Shown here piece after piece: positions 30,376 to 41,606 of a DNA stretch of 64,000 bases; positions within the stretch are counted from its first letter, which is position 1; each line of letters opens with the position of its first letter. The stretch spans positions 2,240,001-2,304,000 of the forward strand of contig OZ242383.1 of assembly GCA_965209155.1 (NCBI GenBank). Direction: 5' to 3'. The position numbers and the translations under genes were made by a program. This DNA comes from a bacterium. GTDB taxonomy: Bacteria; SAR324; NAC60-12. The notes beneath the pieces were generated by a model. The model was not told where the DNA came from. It was given only the letters and a program-made list of their open reading frames with translations, and made no database searches.

Positions 30376-31815
30376 TCACATCACCAAACGGGTGTGGGAG
30401 TAGGCGGAATACCATCCAAACCAAAAGGCTTTATGAGCAGGCAAGCGATAGAGCACTCTACCATCGTCTGAGGTGAGTTTTTCTTCCATCATGGTCCAGG
30501 AGGTACCTTGCGAATCGATAACTTTGCGGTCCTGGTCCCATGTATTAAAAATATTCCCTTTTGTTTCATAAACACGGCTGGCTCCGGATAGGTCGGTCAG
30601 GACGACAAATTCGATATTTCCAATCTTGTCATGATAAATGGGGTTCTGTTTTAAGTAAGCAGATGAAATGGCCAACGGTTCATCCGGTTGGGAAGAGAAG
30701 AGCAGACCCAACACGTCTGCCTTATTCGGTAAACGCCGGTCGAGTTTCGGAACAGAAAACATCAATTCATCGGTTGCAAAGTATTGACGATAAGCGACCC
30801 CTTCTCCATAGTCACGCTGATGACCGGTATTCAATGAAAGCACCATTGTTTCAGGATGACGTCTTTTCCATTCTCCCCAGGTGGTGGTAACAATGTAGAG
30901 TCGCTCTAAAGTGATGTCTTTATCGGCCAGGGGGCCAATCACCGGTTGGCCCCAAAGAGTGTTCCACAGAGATTGGGTCTTTTTATCATACATGAGTTTA
31001 TTGGAGCGATAGAGAAATCCACTGGTTCCCATTTCATGGTGTTCCCCGTCGAGATCTGTTTCATACAAAATCATACTGCCACATAAAGTACAATAAACTC
31101 CTGCTACGTTAATACCACCCACTTGATCGACAAACATTTCATGCCAGGCCATAATGCGTTTGGGATAAGCCCGGACGTCTCCATTTAATTCAACTCCAAA
31201 TACAATATGATTCTCTTCCAGGTAGTCAGCCTCGTTCGCGGATATCATGCCGGGAGCCCGTAAAGGAGGAATCCCATCTTGGAGAACGCCCCCCCACACC
31301 ACCTCATCCAAACGGATAATGGTGGTACGCTGATTGTTGAAATAACCTCGAAACCTTGGATCGATATTAGCGTATAACTGTGATTTGAATTCGGCATAAT
31401 CATCAATCACTTCAGGCTCTTTATTCCAAATCCAATGGTACCAGGAGTTCAAATCGAATCCGAAACGTTTACCGGTTTTTTCTTCAAGCAGGAGAATGAG
31501 TGAATAATTGACAGGAAAATTCCGATTGAACCGGATAATTTCTAAAACCATCGGGACAAACCCGGGTTCCCAGTTTTTCCGAATACTGTGCAAGATCTCT
31601 CTGTCAGGCGTATCATGAAGCAACGATATAAATAACTGGACGTTGTCAGGGGAAGACCGCGTTGTTTCTGTAGACCAGGCAAGGGAAGCGACGAGAAGAA
31701 AAAGAATCAGCAATCCGGTACGTATCGATTCAAACCATTTATATTTGAAAAAGCAATGAGTGATTCGCATAAATTCTCGATGAATAAAGAGAAATGAGGA
31801 TGGATGGTTGTCCAT
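30376..31815 (-). CDS. DUF3179-family exported protein
   Basis: WGGVLQDGIPPL, RAYPKRIMAWHE, YCTLCGS, GTSGFLYRSNKLMYD..T.SLW, AFWFGW. The true start may be slightly downstream. Confidence 0.8.
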   Translation of the reverse strand: MDNHPSSFLFIHREFMRITHCFFKYKWFESIRTGLLILFLLVASLAWSTETTRSSPDNVQLFISLLHDTPDREILHSIRKNWEPGFVPMVLEIIRFNRNFPVNYSLILLLEEKTGKRFGFDLNSWYHWIWNKEPEVIDDYAEFKSQLYANIDPRFRGYFNNQRTTIIRLDEVVWGGVLQDGIPPLRAPGMISANEADYLEENHIVFGVELNGDVRAYPKRIMAWHEMFVDQVGGINVAGVYCTLCGSMILYETDLDGEHHEMGTSGFLYRSNKLMYDKKTQSLWNTLWGQPVIGPLADKDITLERLYIVTTTWGEWKRRHPETMVLSLNTGHQRDYGEGVAYRQYFATDELMFSVPKLDRRLPNKADVLGLLFSSQPDEPLAISSAYLKQNPIYHDKIGNIEFVVLTDLSGASRVYETKGNIFNTWDQDRKVIDSQGTSWTMMEEKLTSDDGRVLYRLPAHKAFWFGWYSAYSHTRLVM

Positions 31816-31942
31816 TGGAAAAATCGGTCAATCGCATCTTTTTAAATATTCACTTGACCTTCATGATGAGAAAGAAACTTTTTTAGTAACGTAACAAAAT
31901 TGTTCTGCATAAATGACAAGAAAATTTCTCGAGTTTTCACGT

Positions 31943-32551
31943 TCACGAGTGCGAACGGATTGCTTCTTCAATTTCAGCGAGGCAATTCTTCCCGAAATAA
32001 AGATCGTTGCCGATAAAGAAACTCGGTGCGCCAAAACCTCCTCTTTTAACAAAAATTTCGCTGTTTTCAAGCAATTGCTGTTTCACTTCAGGCTGCTGAA
32101 TGCCTTGCATGATCTGATATGCCGGCAATGCGGAAGATTCAAGGGCAGCTTGCATCACCATCGCATCATCCATCTTTTTCGGTTCATACCACATATGGCA
32201 AAAGACTTCATCCACGTATTTGTCAAAATAGCCATGCATGCCCGCAACAATGGCCCCCCGCATGATTTGCAGCGTATTTACCGGAAAATAAGGATTGAAC
32301 TGAAAGTCTTTGATACCATGCTTTTTGATGAAACGCTCTGTTTCCAATTGCATATACGCCAGCTTGTTCTTAACCTCTTTGAAGGCCACCATCGGAGGTT
32401 CGTTGTTGGTCAATTTGAATACCCCACCCAGAAGTATTGGGATGTACTCGAACTTTGCGCCAGTGCGTGCTTCAATGGAAGAAATTACCAGATGCGACAA
32501 ATAAGCATTGGGACTGCCAAAATCAAAATAAAACTCAATCTTTGATGCCAT
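31943..32551 (-). CDS. 2-hydroxychromene-2-carboxylate isomerase / GST-kappa (DsbA-like) family protein
   Basis: IEFYFDFGSPNAYL, PILLGGVF, FPVNTL, RGGFGAPSFF. Confidence 0.9.
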   Translation of the reverse strand: MASKIEFYFDFGSPNAYLSHLVISSIEARTGAKFEYIPILLGGVFKLTNNEPPMVAFKEVKNKLAYMQLETERFIKKHGIKDFQFNPYFPVNTLQIMRGAIVAGMHGYFDKYVDEVFCHMWYEPKKMDDAMVMQAALESSALPAYQIMQGIQQPEVKQQLLENSEIFVKRGGFGAPSFFIGNDLYFGKNCLAEIEEAIRSHS

Positions 32552-33001
32552 GATACTCCTTTGCCGAGTCAACAGGCAGAGCGTTTGTCCGGGCCTTGTT
32601 CCGGTCACAAACCTACTAACCTATAGTAACGAAAATTTGCTGAAAGTTTAAAATAGATTATGCAAACAATACATTGAAATATATATAAAATCAAAACGTT
32701 GAAATCAAGAAGGAAGGTAACTATTCAGGTATCTTCAGAGAACCCATCGATTCCCCACCTCGACGCTCTTCAAGAAGCCAGTCCACTCTTTGAAAAAGAA
32801 CGAGAGCCATGGAAGCAAGAGCGCTTAGCACTCTGATTTACCTCCCTGGCAAAGCGCTTACGATCATGATCGCCATTGGAAAAAACACTGGATTGTGGAG
32901 TGAACCTTCGCTTTTTGGCTCATGATCATAAAGAAGCGGATCTCCCTGATTGATAGATTTTTCATTTTTTTTACGAATCCTGCATTTTTTTTTAATTTGG
33001 G

Positions 33002-33029
33002 TTGACTTTATACTAAAAATATTTATATT
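33002..33029 (+). promoter_or_regulatory. Possible sigma70 promoter for ABC operon 1
   Basis: TTGACT-16 nt-TATATT in an AT-rich stretch ~180 nt upstream of the start codon. Confidence 0.35.
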
Positions 33030-33208
33030 GCCAAAATCATACCTTCACTAAGTTGTTTTAGTGAAAGAGAAGGTTCCCGATCGATGGAACAATATCGTGG
33101 GAGGACTTGAAAACGATCGGTCCTCTCCGGGAATCTTTTTTAATGAAATTTAACTGAACGGGTTTTTCAGAGACCTGAATAGTTACCATTTTTTTTAAGG
33201 AGAATCTT

Positions 33209-35017
33209 ATGATATCGAAAATCGCAATGTTTAATCTAAACAGCAAATCAACCTTCAGTGCAATCCTGCTCACCCTCACCCTGATGGTGGCCGCCCTCTG
33301 GGTCAGCCCGGCAGTCGCGGCTGATAAGAAGATGGTGACGGACCCCGCCACCGGAAAAATGGTGACCGCGCCAGAGTATGGCGGGACCTTGACCTATCCC
33401 TACCATTTAACAAGCGATACTACCGACGTCCGTGACGCCCACTATGCGGTCTGGCTCATCAGTGGCGTTAATGAGACACTCGCTTTGGGGGACTGGGCGC
33501 TGGATAGGGAAAAAGTTGCCTTTAAGAGTAATTACGTCCCTCTACCTGCCTTTACAGCGGGGCTGATGGAGAGCTGGTCGCAGCCCGACCCCGTGACCTA
33601 TATCGTCAAAGTCCGCCAGGACGTTCGCTGGCATAATAAAGCACCGGTGAACGCTCGTGAGCTAACGGCCGACGATGTCGTTTATAACTATCAGCGTAAT
33701 TTGGTTCTGGGCGACTTCACCGAACGTCCCGCCCGGACTTGGGTCTTGTTCAACCTGCCATGGGAATCGATCGAGGCCCCCGACAAATATACGGTTGTTT
33801 TCAAGCTGAAGGAGCCTACCGTTGGTGCGATCAGGGACATCTTCGACGACATGCCGATGTATATCTTACCGCCCGAGGTAATCGAGCAATTTGGCAACTA
33901 CGCGGATTGGAGGAATATGGTCGGTACCGGGCCCATTATGCTGACGGACCATGTCGAAGGCGTCTCCAAAACCTATACCAAGAGTCCTGACTACTGGGGC
34001 TACGACCCAAAATATCCGCAGAACCGCTTGCCCTATATTGACCAGCTTAGGGCCCTGTATATGCCAGAAGGAGCAACACGGATCTCGGCACTACGCACGG
34101 GTAAGGTTGATATAATACATCGAGCTGGCGGCACAGCTATAGGATCCCTCGATGTGATAAGGAGCCTCAAGAGGACCAACCCCAAAATAGAAGTGTGGGG
34201 TTCTACGGGGGCGTCCGATAAGCAATTTGGTCTGAACCTGCACAAGCCACCCTTTGACGATATCCGGGTGCGTCACGCCATGCAAATGGCACTGGACCTT
34301 GAGACGATTAACGAGACCTACTTTGGGGGGTTCTCAAGGTGGAAACCCTCGGGGATCGTAGGGCCTGCCGTCGTGGGATACCACATCACATTTGAAGAGA
34401 TTCCCGCAGAGGTGAAGCAATACTACACGTACGACCCGGAAGGTGCTGAGAAGTTGCTCGAGGAGGCCGGCTATCCGCGCGGCACGGACGGGATTAGACT
34501 CAGGGCCACTCTTGACCAGCGCGACGTCAATGATCTAGGCTATACGGAAATAGCTATCGGCTACTGGGCTGAGATTGGCGTTGAGGTAACGATCAATATC
34601 GTTGACACGGCAACTTTTGTCTCCAAAAGAAACGAGCATACGTACGAGATGATCACAGGCCACCGGGGTTGGGATTTTAGCCCTGCAACGCCGGTGGGCT
34701 GGTATCGCCAGGGACCTGCCACCAAACATCTCAGCGAATACGTGGGCGGAATCGAGACCCCTGAGATGACCGCCGCCTATGATGCCTTTAACGCCGCTAC
34801 TACCATTGAGGAGCAGCAGAGGGCATTTAAATCGTATGATATGGAAACCATAAAGCGGCACAATCAGATATGGGGTCCTGCCGCTCCAAGTTTTCAGGCT
34901 AACCAGCCGTGGGTAAAAGGTTTCAACGGTGAAATTACCCTGCGCCAAGGGACCGAACAGGCCGTGCTCACCTATCTTTGGATTGACCAGGATCTGAAGA
35001 AAGAAATGGGGTTTTAG
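33209..35017 (+). CDS. ABC transporter substrate-binding protein, family 5 (peptide/nickel), copy 1
   Basis: Signal peptide (..SPAVA), PEYGGTL, ESWSQPD, ELTADDVVY, VGTGP, PFDDIRVRHAMQMALD, YDPEGAEKLLEEAGY. AAGGAG RBS. Confidence 0.92.
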   Translation: MISKIAMFNLNSKSTFSAILLTLTLMVAALWVSPAVAADKKMVTDPATGKMVTAPEYGGTLTYPYHLTSDTTDVRDAHYAVWLISGVNETLALGDWALDREKVAFKSNYVPLPAFTAGLMESWSQPDPVTYIVKVRQDVRWHNKAPVNARELTADDVVYNYQRNLVLGDFTERPARTWVLFNLPWESIEAPDKYTVVFKLKEPTVGAIRDIFDDMPMYILPPEVIEQFGNYADWRNMVGTGPIMLTDHVEGVSKTYTKSPDYWGYDPKYPQNRLPYIDQLRALYMPEGATRISALRTGKVDIIHRAGGTAIGSLDVIRSLKRTNPKIEVWGSTGASDKQFGLNLHKPPFDDIRVRHAMQMALDLETINETYFGGFSRWKPSGIVGPAVVGYHITFEEIPAEVKQYYTYDPEGAEKLLEEAGYPRGTDGIRLRATLDQRDVNDLGYTEIAIGYWAEIGVEVTINIVDTATFVSKRNEHTYEMITGHRGWDFSPATPVGWYRQGPATKHLSEYVGGIETPEMTAAYDAFNAATTIEEQQRAFKSYDMETIKRHNQIWGPAAPSFQANQPWVKGFNGEITLRQGTEQAVLTYLWIDQDLKKEMGF

Positions 35018-35121
35018 CGGTTTCACCGATCCCCAAGATAGGGGAGTTGGGCAGCACAGGTTTCCCGGCTCCCTGACTCCTGATTTGGAAAAAGAAAAAC
35101 TAAAATTAATGAGGAGAATTG

Positions 35122-35502
35122 ATGAGTTATCAAGAGGGTTTAATCAAATCACTCAACACAAAAACAGTGGTGCTGGATCCTTGCCCAATCCCTGAAGAGA
35201 TACAAGAAGGATCTCCAACGGCAGCAATAAAAGTATTATGGCAATCTGAAGATAAATCCTGTCTCACTGCTGTTTGGTCTTGTACTGTTGGAAAGTGGGA
35301 AATTGATTGGCAATGGGATGAAACGATGTATTTAATTGAGGGCCAATTGGAACTCATTGATCATTTAGGACATTCTCAAACATTTAATGCCGGTGATTTT
35401 TTTCATGTGAGCAAGGGGGCTAAAACGGTGTGGAATGTAAAACAGCCTCTTAAAAAGATTTTTTATATTCGCGGATACATCCCGAGAGAGCAACAGGAGT
35501 GA
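35122..35502 (+). CDS. Cupin (DUF861/EutQ-like) protein
   Basis: AVWSCTVGKW..DETMYLIEG..FNAGDFFHVSKG..WNV. GAGGAG RBS. Confidence 0.8.
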   Translation: MSYQEGLIKSLNTKTVVLDPCPIPEEIQEGSPTAAIKVLWQSEDKSCLTAVWSCTVGKWEIDWQWDETMYLIEGQLELIDHLGHSQTFNAGDFFHVSKGAKTVWNVKQPLKKIFYIRGYIPREQQE

Positions 35503-35527
35503 AGCAAGAAAAGGGGTTCTGACTGCC

Positions 35528-36487
35528 ATGAGAACGTATATCATCAGGCGACTCTTGCTGCTGATCCCCACCCTGTTTCTCTTGTCCGTCCTGGTCTTTC
35601 TCTCGGTGCGCTTCCTGCCAGGCGATGTCATCGACGTCATGCTGGGGAGGATGGAATGGCAAGCAGCAGGGGGGGTTGACCGTGAAGCTGTCGAGCGAAG
35701 GCTGGGACTGGACGTGCCGGTCTGGGTGCAGTATGGACGCTGGATGGGAGGGATCTTGCTGTACGGCACCCTGGGCAAATCCCTGATGGGGGATTGGCCG
35801 GTAGAGGAGCGGCTTTTCGATCGTTTGCCCGTCACCCTGGAATTGGGCGTCATGGCCATCGTCATCGGACTGGTCATCGCGCTGCCTGTCGGCATTTACT
35901 CGGCGATTCGCCAGGATACAGCCGCGGACTATGTGGGACGCATCCTCGCGATCCTCGGCCTGGCCACGCCGAACTTCTGGCTGGGCATTATGGTCATGAT
36001 CTACCCGGCCATCTGGTGGGGCTGGTCTCCCCCGATGGAACACATGCCTTTTACGGAAGACCCGTGGAGTCACCTGGGGATCCTGGTCATTCCCAGCCTG
36101 ATTCTGGGAACGGCCCTCTCGGCCAGCACCATGCGTCTGACGCGCACCATGATGCTGGAGGTGCTGCGGCAGGACTATATCCGCACCGCCTGGGCCAAGG
36201 GACTCCAGGAGCGGGTCGTCGTGCTGAGACACGCCATCAAAAATGCCCTCATCCCGATCGTCACCCTGGTCGGCTTGCAGTTGCCGCTCGTGGTCGGGGG
36301 CGCTGTCATCATGGAGAACCTATTTAACCTGCCGGGTTTAGGCCGTCTCCTGGTGGATGCCCTCTCGGACCGGGATTACCCGGTGGTCTCCGGGGTCAAC
36401 CTGTTTTTCGCCTGCATCGTTTTGTTGAACAACCTCCTGATCGACCTCCTTTATGCCTATCTGGACCCGAGAGTAAGATATGAGTGA
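35528..36487 (+). CDS. ABC transporter permease (DppB/OppB-like), copy 1
   Basis: YIIRRLL, LGLDVP..QYGRW, RLPVTLEL, PNFWLG, QDYIRTAWAKGL, YAYLDPR. Confidence 0.93.
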   Translation: MRTYIIRRLLLLIPTLFLLSVLVFLSVRFLPGDVIDVMLGRMEWQAAGGVDREAVERRLGLDVPVWVQYGRWMGGILLYGTLGKSLMGDWPVEERLFDRLPVTLELGVMAIVIGLVIALPVGIYSAIRQDTAADYVGRILAILGLATPNFWLGIMVMIYPAIWWGWSPPMEHMPFTEDPWSHLGILVIPSLILGTALSASTMRLTRTMMLEVLRQDYIRTAWAKGLQERVVVLRHAIKNALIPIVTLVGLQLPLVVGGAVIMENLFNLPGLGRLLVDALSDRDYPVVSGVNLFFACIVLLNNLLIDLLYAYLDPRVRYE

Positions 36488-37417
36488 GCCCAAGCAACAG
36501 AGCCGGCTGATGGATTTCTTCATCAGGCTACTCAAGGAGAAACCCCTCGGGATGCCTGGCGGAGTGATCATCGTGCTCTTGATCGGGATCAGCCTCTTTG
36601 CCGATGCGCTGGCGCCTTATCCTTATGATAAAACCCACTTGAGAGGCCGTGTGCAGGAGGCCTCGGCTCAATATCTCCTTGGCACCGACCACGTCGGGCG
36701 GGACTTATTGAGCTGTCTGATTCACGGGTGCGGATTCCCTTAGGAGTCGGTCTGGCCGCGACCACGCTCAATGTGCTCGTAGCGCTGTTAGTCGGCGGCG
36801 TTTCCGGATTCCTGGGGGGAAAACTGGACCTGGCTGTGCAGAGATTTGTCGATGCCTGGATGGCTTTTCCGGGTCTGCTCCTGTTGTTAACCATCATGTC
36901 CATAGTGGGACGGGGTATACCACAGATAATACTGGTCCTGGGCATCGCCGGAGGCATCGGTGGCTCAAGAGTCGTCAGAGGCGCCGTGATCGGCATTAAA
37001 GAGAATGACTACTTTCTGGCCGCCAGGGCCGTGGGCACCCCCACGAGCCAAATCTTCCTGCGACATGTGCTGCCCAATATTGTGGCGCCGATCATCATCA
37101 TCTTCTCCATCAACATCGGGGGGGTGATTCTGTCTGAGGCCTCTCTGAGCTTCCTGGGATTCGGTCTGCCCATCGGGGTTCCTAGCTGGGGAGTCATGCT
37201 CAGCCAGGAAGGGCGCCAGTTCATGGAGATGGCCCCACGGCTGGCGATCTGGCCGGGGCTGTGCCTGACGATTGTCGTCTACTCCCTCAACATGTTCGGC
37301 GACGCAGTGAGGGACCTGCTTGATCCCAGGCTGAAGGGCGGTCAGGGAAGTTACGGCACCGCGAAGGGGAAACGCAAACGAGGATTCCTCTCCAGACTGC
37401 TCAACCCCTTCTCTTAG
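36480..37417 (+). pseudogene. ABC transporter permease (DppC/OppC-like), copy 1, frameshifted
   Basis: Split into 36480-36743 and 36728-37417. Alignment to the intact paralog at 54411 shows a 1-nt loss near 36730 (a sequencing error is possible). Confidence 0.85.
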
Positions 37418-37558
37418 TGGGATTGACCGTGAATAACTTGTGCAACAGTCAATTCATTGATATTAAACAATATTTATAAGATGACACCTAGCTCACAGTG
37501 TTCGGTTATTATTGCGGCGATGAGTGTGCGCTTCTTGATGGCCAATCGGGAGATAAGA

Positions 37559-37711
37559 ATGAAACGAGATATCGACGAGCATGGATATTGTCTCGTCAAG
37601 GAAGCGCTGACACCGGAACAGCTTGCCGAAGCACGCGAGCGCCTCAGCGAGCAGGCCGCGGCCGAGCGCACTCTCGAGCGGAAGCGCCTCACCTACGCTT
37701 ACCAAACGTAG
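37559..37711 (+). pseudogene. Internally deleted PhyH dioxygenase remnant
   Basis: Matches 56059-56170 and then jumps to 56722-56757 of the intact paralog (about 550 nt missing). Confidence 0.85.
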
Positions 37712-37769
37712 CGACCCTGACTAGCGAGCAGGACTAGTGGGAGGTATCGTTTGTGGGGGGCATAGAATT

Positions 37770-38131
37770 TTAGCGAGGATCAGCATCTTTCTCTTGGAGG
37801 AGAGCCCGCAGTCGTTCGACTTCCGCAAGCGCTTTTCTTTTTCTTGTCGCTCTAGTTCTTTTTCTTGTCGTTCTTGTTGGAGGCTTTTCAGGAGGAAGGG
37901 TTGGTAGAGGTGTTCTTTCCCACTCCAAACAAAAGCCCATTCCCAATGCCATGATCTGTCCGATGGGAAAGACCGACAAATACTCTCCAATAAGTGGAAG
38001 AAGCATTGATAGAGGGAGAAGCGTAGAAAATCGGACATGGGCCGGGCGGCGTTCCGCTTTTCCTCCAAGAGGCCATTGTTCCATTCATACTGATTTGACT
38101 TATTTTTCACGACATGTTCTGTGATGGCCAT
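37770..38131 (-). pseudogene. Uma2-family endonuclease remnant
   Basis: YEWNNGLLEEK..PMSD N-terminus and ERQEKELERQEKEK tail. Frameshifted, with the nuclease core missing. Confidence 0.55.
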
Positions 38132-38159
38132 GAGTTTCTCCTATTCGTTGGAAAAGTTC

Positions 38160-40853
38160 TCATTGGAAAGGATTGGTTTTGTCAGGGTCAATGGCCAATG
38201 TCTCTCTTGCCTTTTTCAATAAGGGAAGTGGGATTTGCTGAGATTGGTACAAATTTGTCAAAGCCGCCCACACGATATAACTTGTACTCACCTCAAAATA
38301 ATTTCGCAAGACAGGACGTGAATCGCTGATGCCATACCCATCGGTTCCCAGGACGGTGAACGGTTGAGCAATCCAAGGTTTGATGCTGTTGGGCAAGGCT
38401 TTCATATAATCTGAAGCGGCCACCAAGACCCCTTTTTCGTTTTGAAAAATCTGAGCAAGGTAGGGTTTTTTAGGTTTTTCTTGAGGATGAAGCATGTTCC
38501 AGCGTTCTACCGCGAGAGCCTCACGATTCAGTTCGTTATAACTGGTCACGCTCCAAATATCGGTTGCCACACCGTATCCTTCCAAAAGTTTTTGTGCTTC
38601 CAGCACTTGGGTCATGATTGCCCCACTTCCCAAGAGATGAACTTTTTTGTTTGCAGTCGCATCGAGGGGGGAGCGCTGAAAGCAATAAATGCCCTTGAGG
38701 ATGCCTTCTTTTGTGGAAGCCTGATCCGGCATAGCAGGCATTTCGTAATTTTCGTTGCCTACGGTGATGTAGTAAAAGATGTTTTCCTGCTCTTGGTACA
38801 TGCGACGGATACCTTCCTGGATGATCACCGCTAATTCGTAAGCAAAGGCAGGATCGTAGCTCAGCATATTGGGAATCGTATTGGCCACAATATGAGAATG
38901 CCCGTCCTGATGCTGCAAGCCTTCTCCATTGAGCGTGGTCCGTCCGGAGGTGCCCCCCAATAAAAATCCCCGACACAGCATATCCCCACAAGCCCAGATC
39001 ATGTCACCGACCCGCTGGAAACCAAAAATGGAGTAGAAAATATAAAATGGAATCACGGGAACGCCATGATTGGCATAAGCGGTCCCTGCTGCAAGAAAAG
39101 ACGCCATGGCTCCGGTTTCACAGATCCCTTCTTCTAAAATTTGCCCGTCTTCTTTTTCTTGATAAGGGGTCAGACTCTTTTCATCGACAGGATGATATTT
39201 TTGCCCTGCCGGGGAATAGATGCCAAATTCTCGAAACAGGGTCTCCATGCCAAATGTCCGCGCTTCGTCTGGGACAATGGGCACCACATATCGCCCCACC
39301 TCTTTATCTTTTAATAATTTGGACAACAAGCGAACAAAAGCGGTGGTCGTCGAAATCGATCTTCCGGAAGAGCCTGTGAGCAAATCTTGAAACAGTTCAA
39401 GATCGGGAGGACGCAGCACGGGGCAGGCCACGGTACGGGTGGGCAAATACCCCCCCAGTTCCCGACGCCGTTGCTTCAAGTAACGGATTTCTTCACTGTC
39501 TTCCGGGGGTTTGTAGTAGGCCGCTTGGGCCATTTGTTCTTCGGAGATAGGGATGCCAAGCCGTTTTGCGCAGGCAATGCGCTCCTCTGCACTCATCTGC
39601 TTTTTTTGATGCGCCGTGTTTTTGCCTTCTCCGCTTTTGCCCATGCCGTCGCCTTTCATCGTTTTGACCAAGATCACGGTGGGTTTCTCTTTTTCTTGCA
39701 AAGCATTATGGAAGGCGGCAAAAATCTTTTTTGGGTCTTGTCCTCCTCGTTTGATAGAGCGGACTTCCTCATCACTAAGATTGGCCATCAACTGCCGCAA
39801 TTCCGGATTGTTCTCCACCCAGTGTTCTCGAACTGAATCTCCAGGAGATACCGAATACATCTGATAATCGCCATCCAAGGCATCGTCCATGCGTTTCTGG
39901 AGCACGCCCTGGTGATCTTGAGCAAGCAAAGGATCCCAGCCCCCTCCCCAAATGACCTTGATCACTCGCCAACCGGCCCCACGAAAGCTACGCTCCAATT
40001 CTTGAATGATCTTTCCATTGCCTCGAACCGGCCCATCCAAACGTTGTAAATTGCAATTCACCACTAAGATGAGATTGTCCAGCTTTTCTCGAGCAGCAAT
40101 CCCAATGGTGCCCAAAACTTCAGGCTCATCGGTTTCCCCATCGCCAATGAAACTCCAGATGGTGCCTCCATTGTTGGGTTTCAATCGTCGCCTTTCCAAG
40201 TACATGATGAAGCGTGCTTGATAAATGGCAGAAGGGACGGACAACCCCATAGATGCCGAAGGCATTTGCCAGAATTGCGGCATTTGTCGAGGATGAGGAT
40301 AGGAGCACAAACCGGGTTCTTTTTGCAGCTCACGACGAAAATTTTTCAAATGTTCTTCAGTCAACCTGCCTTCTAAAAACGCACGGGCATACGTGCCTGG
40401 CGAGGCATGAGGTTGGACGCTGACCACATCGCCGCCAAAATTTTCGGAGCGATTCCTAAAAAAATGATGGTACCCGACCTCCATCATCGTTGCTGCTGAA
40501 CCGAATGTGGCAATGTGACCTCCCACGCCGGTCCCGCTGTCAAACGCTTGAAGCACCATCGCCATCGCATTCCAACGAATGATGTTTTCGATTTTGGTTT
40601 CGATTTCAATCTCTCCTGGATAGGGCGGTTGTTCTATCAGAGGAATGGTATTGCGATACGGAGTATTCAACACTGCGTCCTCTCCCCCTGCCCCTACGTG
40701 AATCAAATGGTCGTGCAATTGTTTTAAGAGGGCCTGGGCCCGTTCTATGCCATCTTCACGAATCACATACTCCAGAGAATCAATCCATTCTTGACGCTCC
40801 AGTGCATAGATTTCTTCAAGATCCTTCTGTCTTTGTTGAGATGTCGATTCCAT
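38160..40853 (-). CDS. aceE: Homodimeric 2-oxoacid dehydrogenase E1 (AceE/MdeB type)
   Basis: RWNAMAMV, GGHIATF, SYPHP, GDGETDEPE (ThDP motif), NCNLQRLDGPVRGN, PDEARTFG, GRTTLNGEGLQHQDG. Confidence 0.9.
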   Translation of the reverse strand: MESTSQQRQKDLEEIYALERQEWIDSLEYVIREDGIERAQALLKQLHDHLIHVGAGGEDAVLNTPYRNTIPLIEQPPYPGEIEIETKIENIIRWNAMAMVLQAFDSGTGVGGHIATFGSAATMMEVGYHHFFRNRSENFGGDVVSVQPHASPGTYARAFLEGRLTEEHLKNFRRELQKEPGLCSYPHPRQMPQFWQMPSASMGLSVPSAIYQARFIMYLERRRLKPNNGGTIWSFIGDGETDEPEVLGTIGIAAREKLDNLILVVNCNLQRLDGPVRGNGKIIQELERSFRGAGWRVIKVIWGGGWDPLLAQDHQGVLQKRMDDALDGDYQMYSVSPGDSVREHWVENNPELRQLMANLSDEEVRSIKRGGQDPKKIFAAFHNALQEKEKPTVILVKTMKGDGMGKSGEGKNTAHQKKQMSAEERIACAKRLGIPISEEQMAQAAYYKPPEDSEEIRYLKQRRRELGGYLPTRTVACPVLRPPDLELFQDLLTGSSGRSISTTTAFVRLLSKLLKDKEVGRYVVPIVPDEARTFGMETLFREFGIYSPAGQKYHPVDEKSLTPYQEKEDGQILEEGICETGAMASFLAAGTAYANHGVPVIPFYIFYSIFGFQRVGDMIWACGDMLCRGFLLGGTSGRTTLNGEGLQHQDGHSHIVANTIPNMLSYDPAFAYELAVIIQEGIRRMYQEQENIFYYITVGNENYEMPAMPDQASTKEGILKGIYCFQRSPLDATANKKVHLLGSGAIMTQVLEAQKLLEGYGVATDIWSVTSYNELNREALAVERWNMLHPQEKPKKPYLAQIFQNEKGVLVAASDYMKALPNSIKPWIAQPFTVLGTDGYGISDSRPVLRNYFEVSTSYIVWAALTNLYQSQQIPLPLLKKARETLAIDPDKTNPFQ

Positions 40854-40992
40854 AATCTTCCTCCACGAGCAATGAATCTACGAATACTTTTTCACTATAC
40901 TCCACTTTAAGAAAATAATGCTTGCGAATTTGATCAAAAAAATACACATAGACGCAATGATTGACTAAAAATTGCTAGAGAAAAGGAGAATT

Positions 40993-41478
40993 ATGCGAGA
41001 AACATTGGATGCGATTGATTTGGAGATTCTCAAAATTCTGCAAAAAAATGCCCGCATTCCCAATCTCGAATTGTCGGAAAAAGTGGGACTTTCTCCTTCA
41101 CCTTGTTCCCGTCGGGTGAAACAACTGGAGCAAACGAAAACGATTCAGCGGTATGCAACCGTGGTGAATCAGGCCCTTGTGGGGTTGCCGGTGAGTGTTT
41201 TTGTCAATGTGACCCTGGACAAACAGGTGAGAGAAAATTTGGAGATCTTTGAAAACGCTGTGCAACAGTACCCGGAAGTCATGGAATGCTATTTGATGAC
41301 AGGGGATGCTGACTATCTTCTGCGAGTCGTGGTTCCGAACCTGGATGCCTATCACAAATTCTTACTGGACCGTCTGACCAAAATTCCTTGTGTGGCCAAC
41401 ATCAAGTCCAGTTTTTCCCTCAAGCAAGTGAGCTACCGCACCGAACTGCCGCTTCACTTAGACACTCAGGGCAAATAA
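40993..41478 (+). CDS. Lrp/AsnC family transcriptional regulator
   Basis: LDAIDLEIL..NARI.N.ELSEKVGLSPSPCSRRVKQLE, ECYLMTGDADYLL. Divergent from the E1 gene. Confidence 0.95.
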   Translation: MRETLDAIDLEILKILQKNARIPNLELSEKVGLSPSPCSRRVKQLEQTKTIQRYATVVNQALVGLPVSVFVNVTLDKQVRENLEIFENAVQQYPEVMECYLMTGDADYLLRVVVPNLDAYHKFLLDRLTKIPCVANIKSSFSLKQVSYRTELPLHLDTQGK

Positions 41479-41606
41479 GCTAAATCTCAATGTAACTATT
41501 TGGACGGATTTTGATTGGAGCTGTAGTGAACCCATCAAGTGACTTGGTAAGGTTTGATTTTTCCAATTTTTTTTTTGTAAGAGAGATCACAAACGATTTT
41601 TTAAAC

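Noticed and set aside
32730..32950. Possible IS630-like transposase remnant (..FEKEREPWKQERL..)
   Set aside because: Too short and degraded to support without a search.
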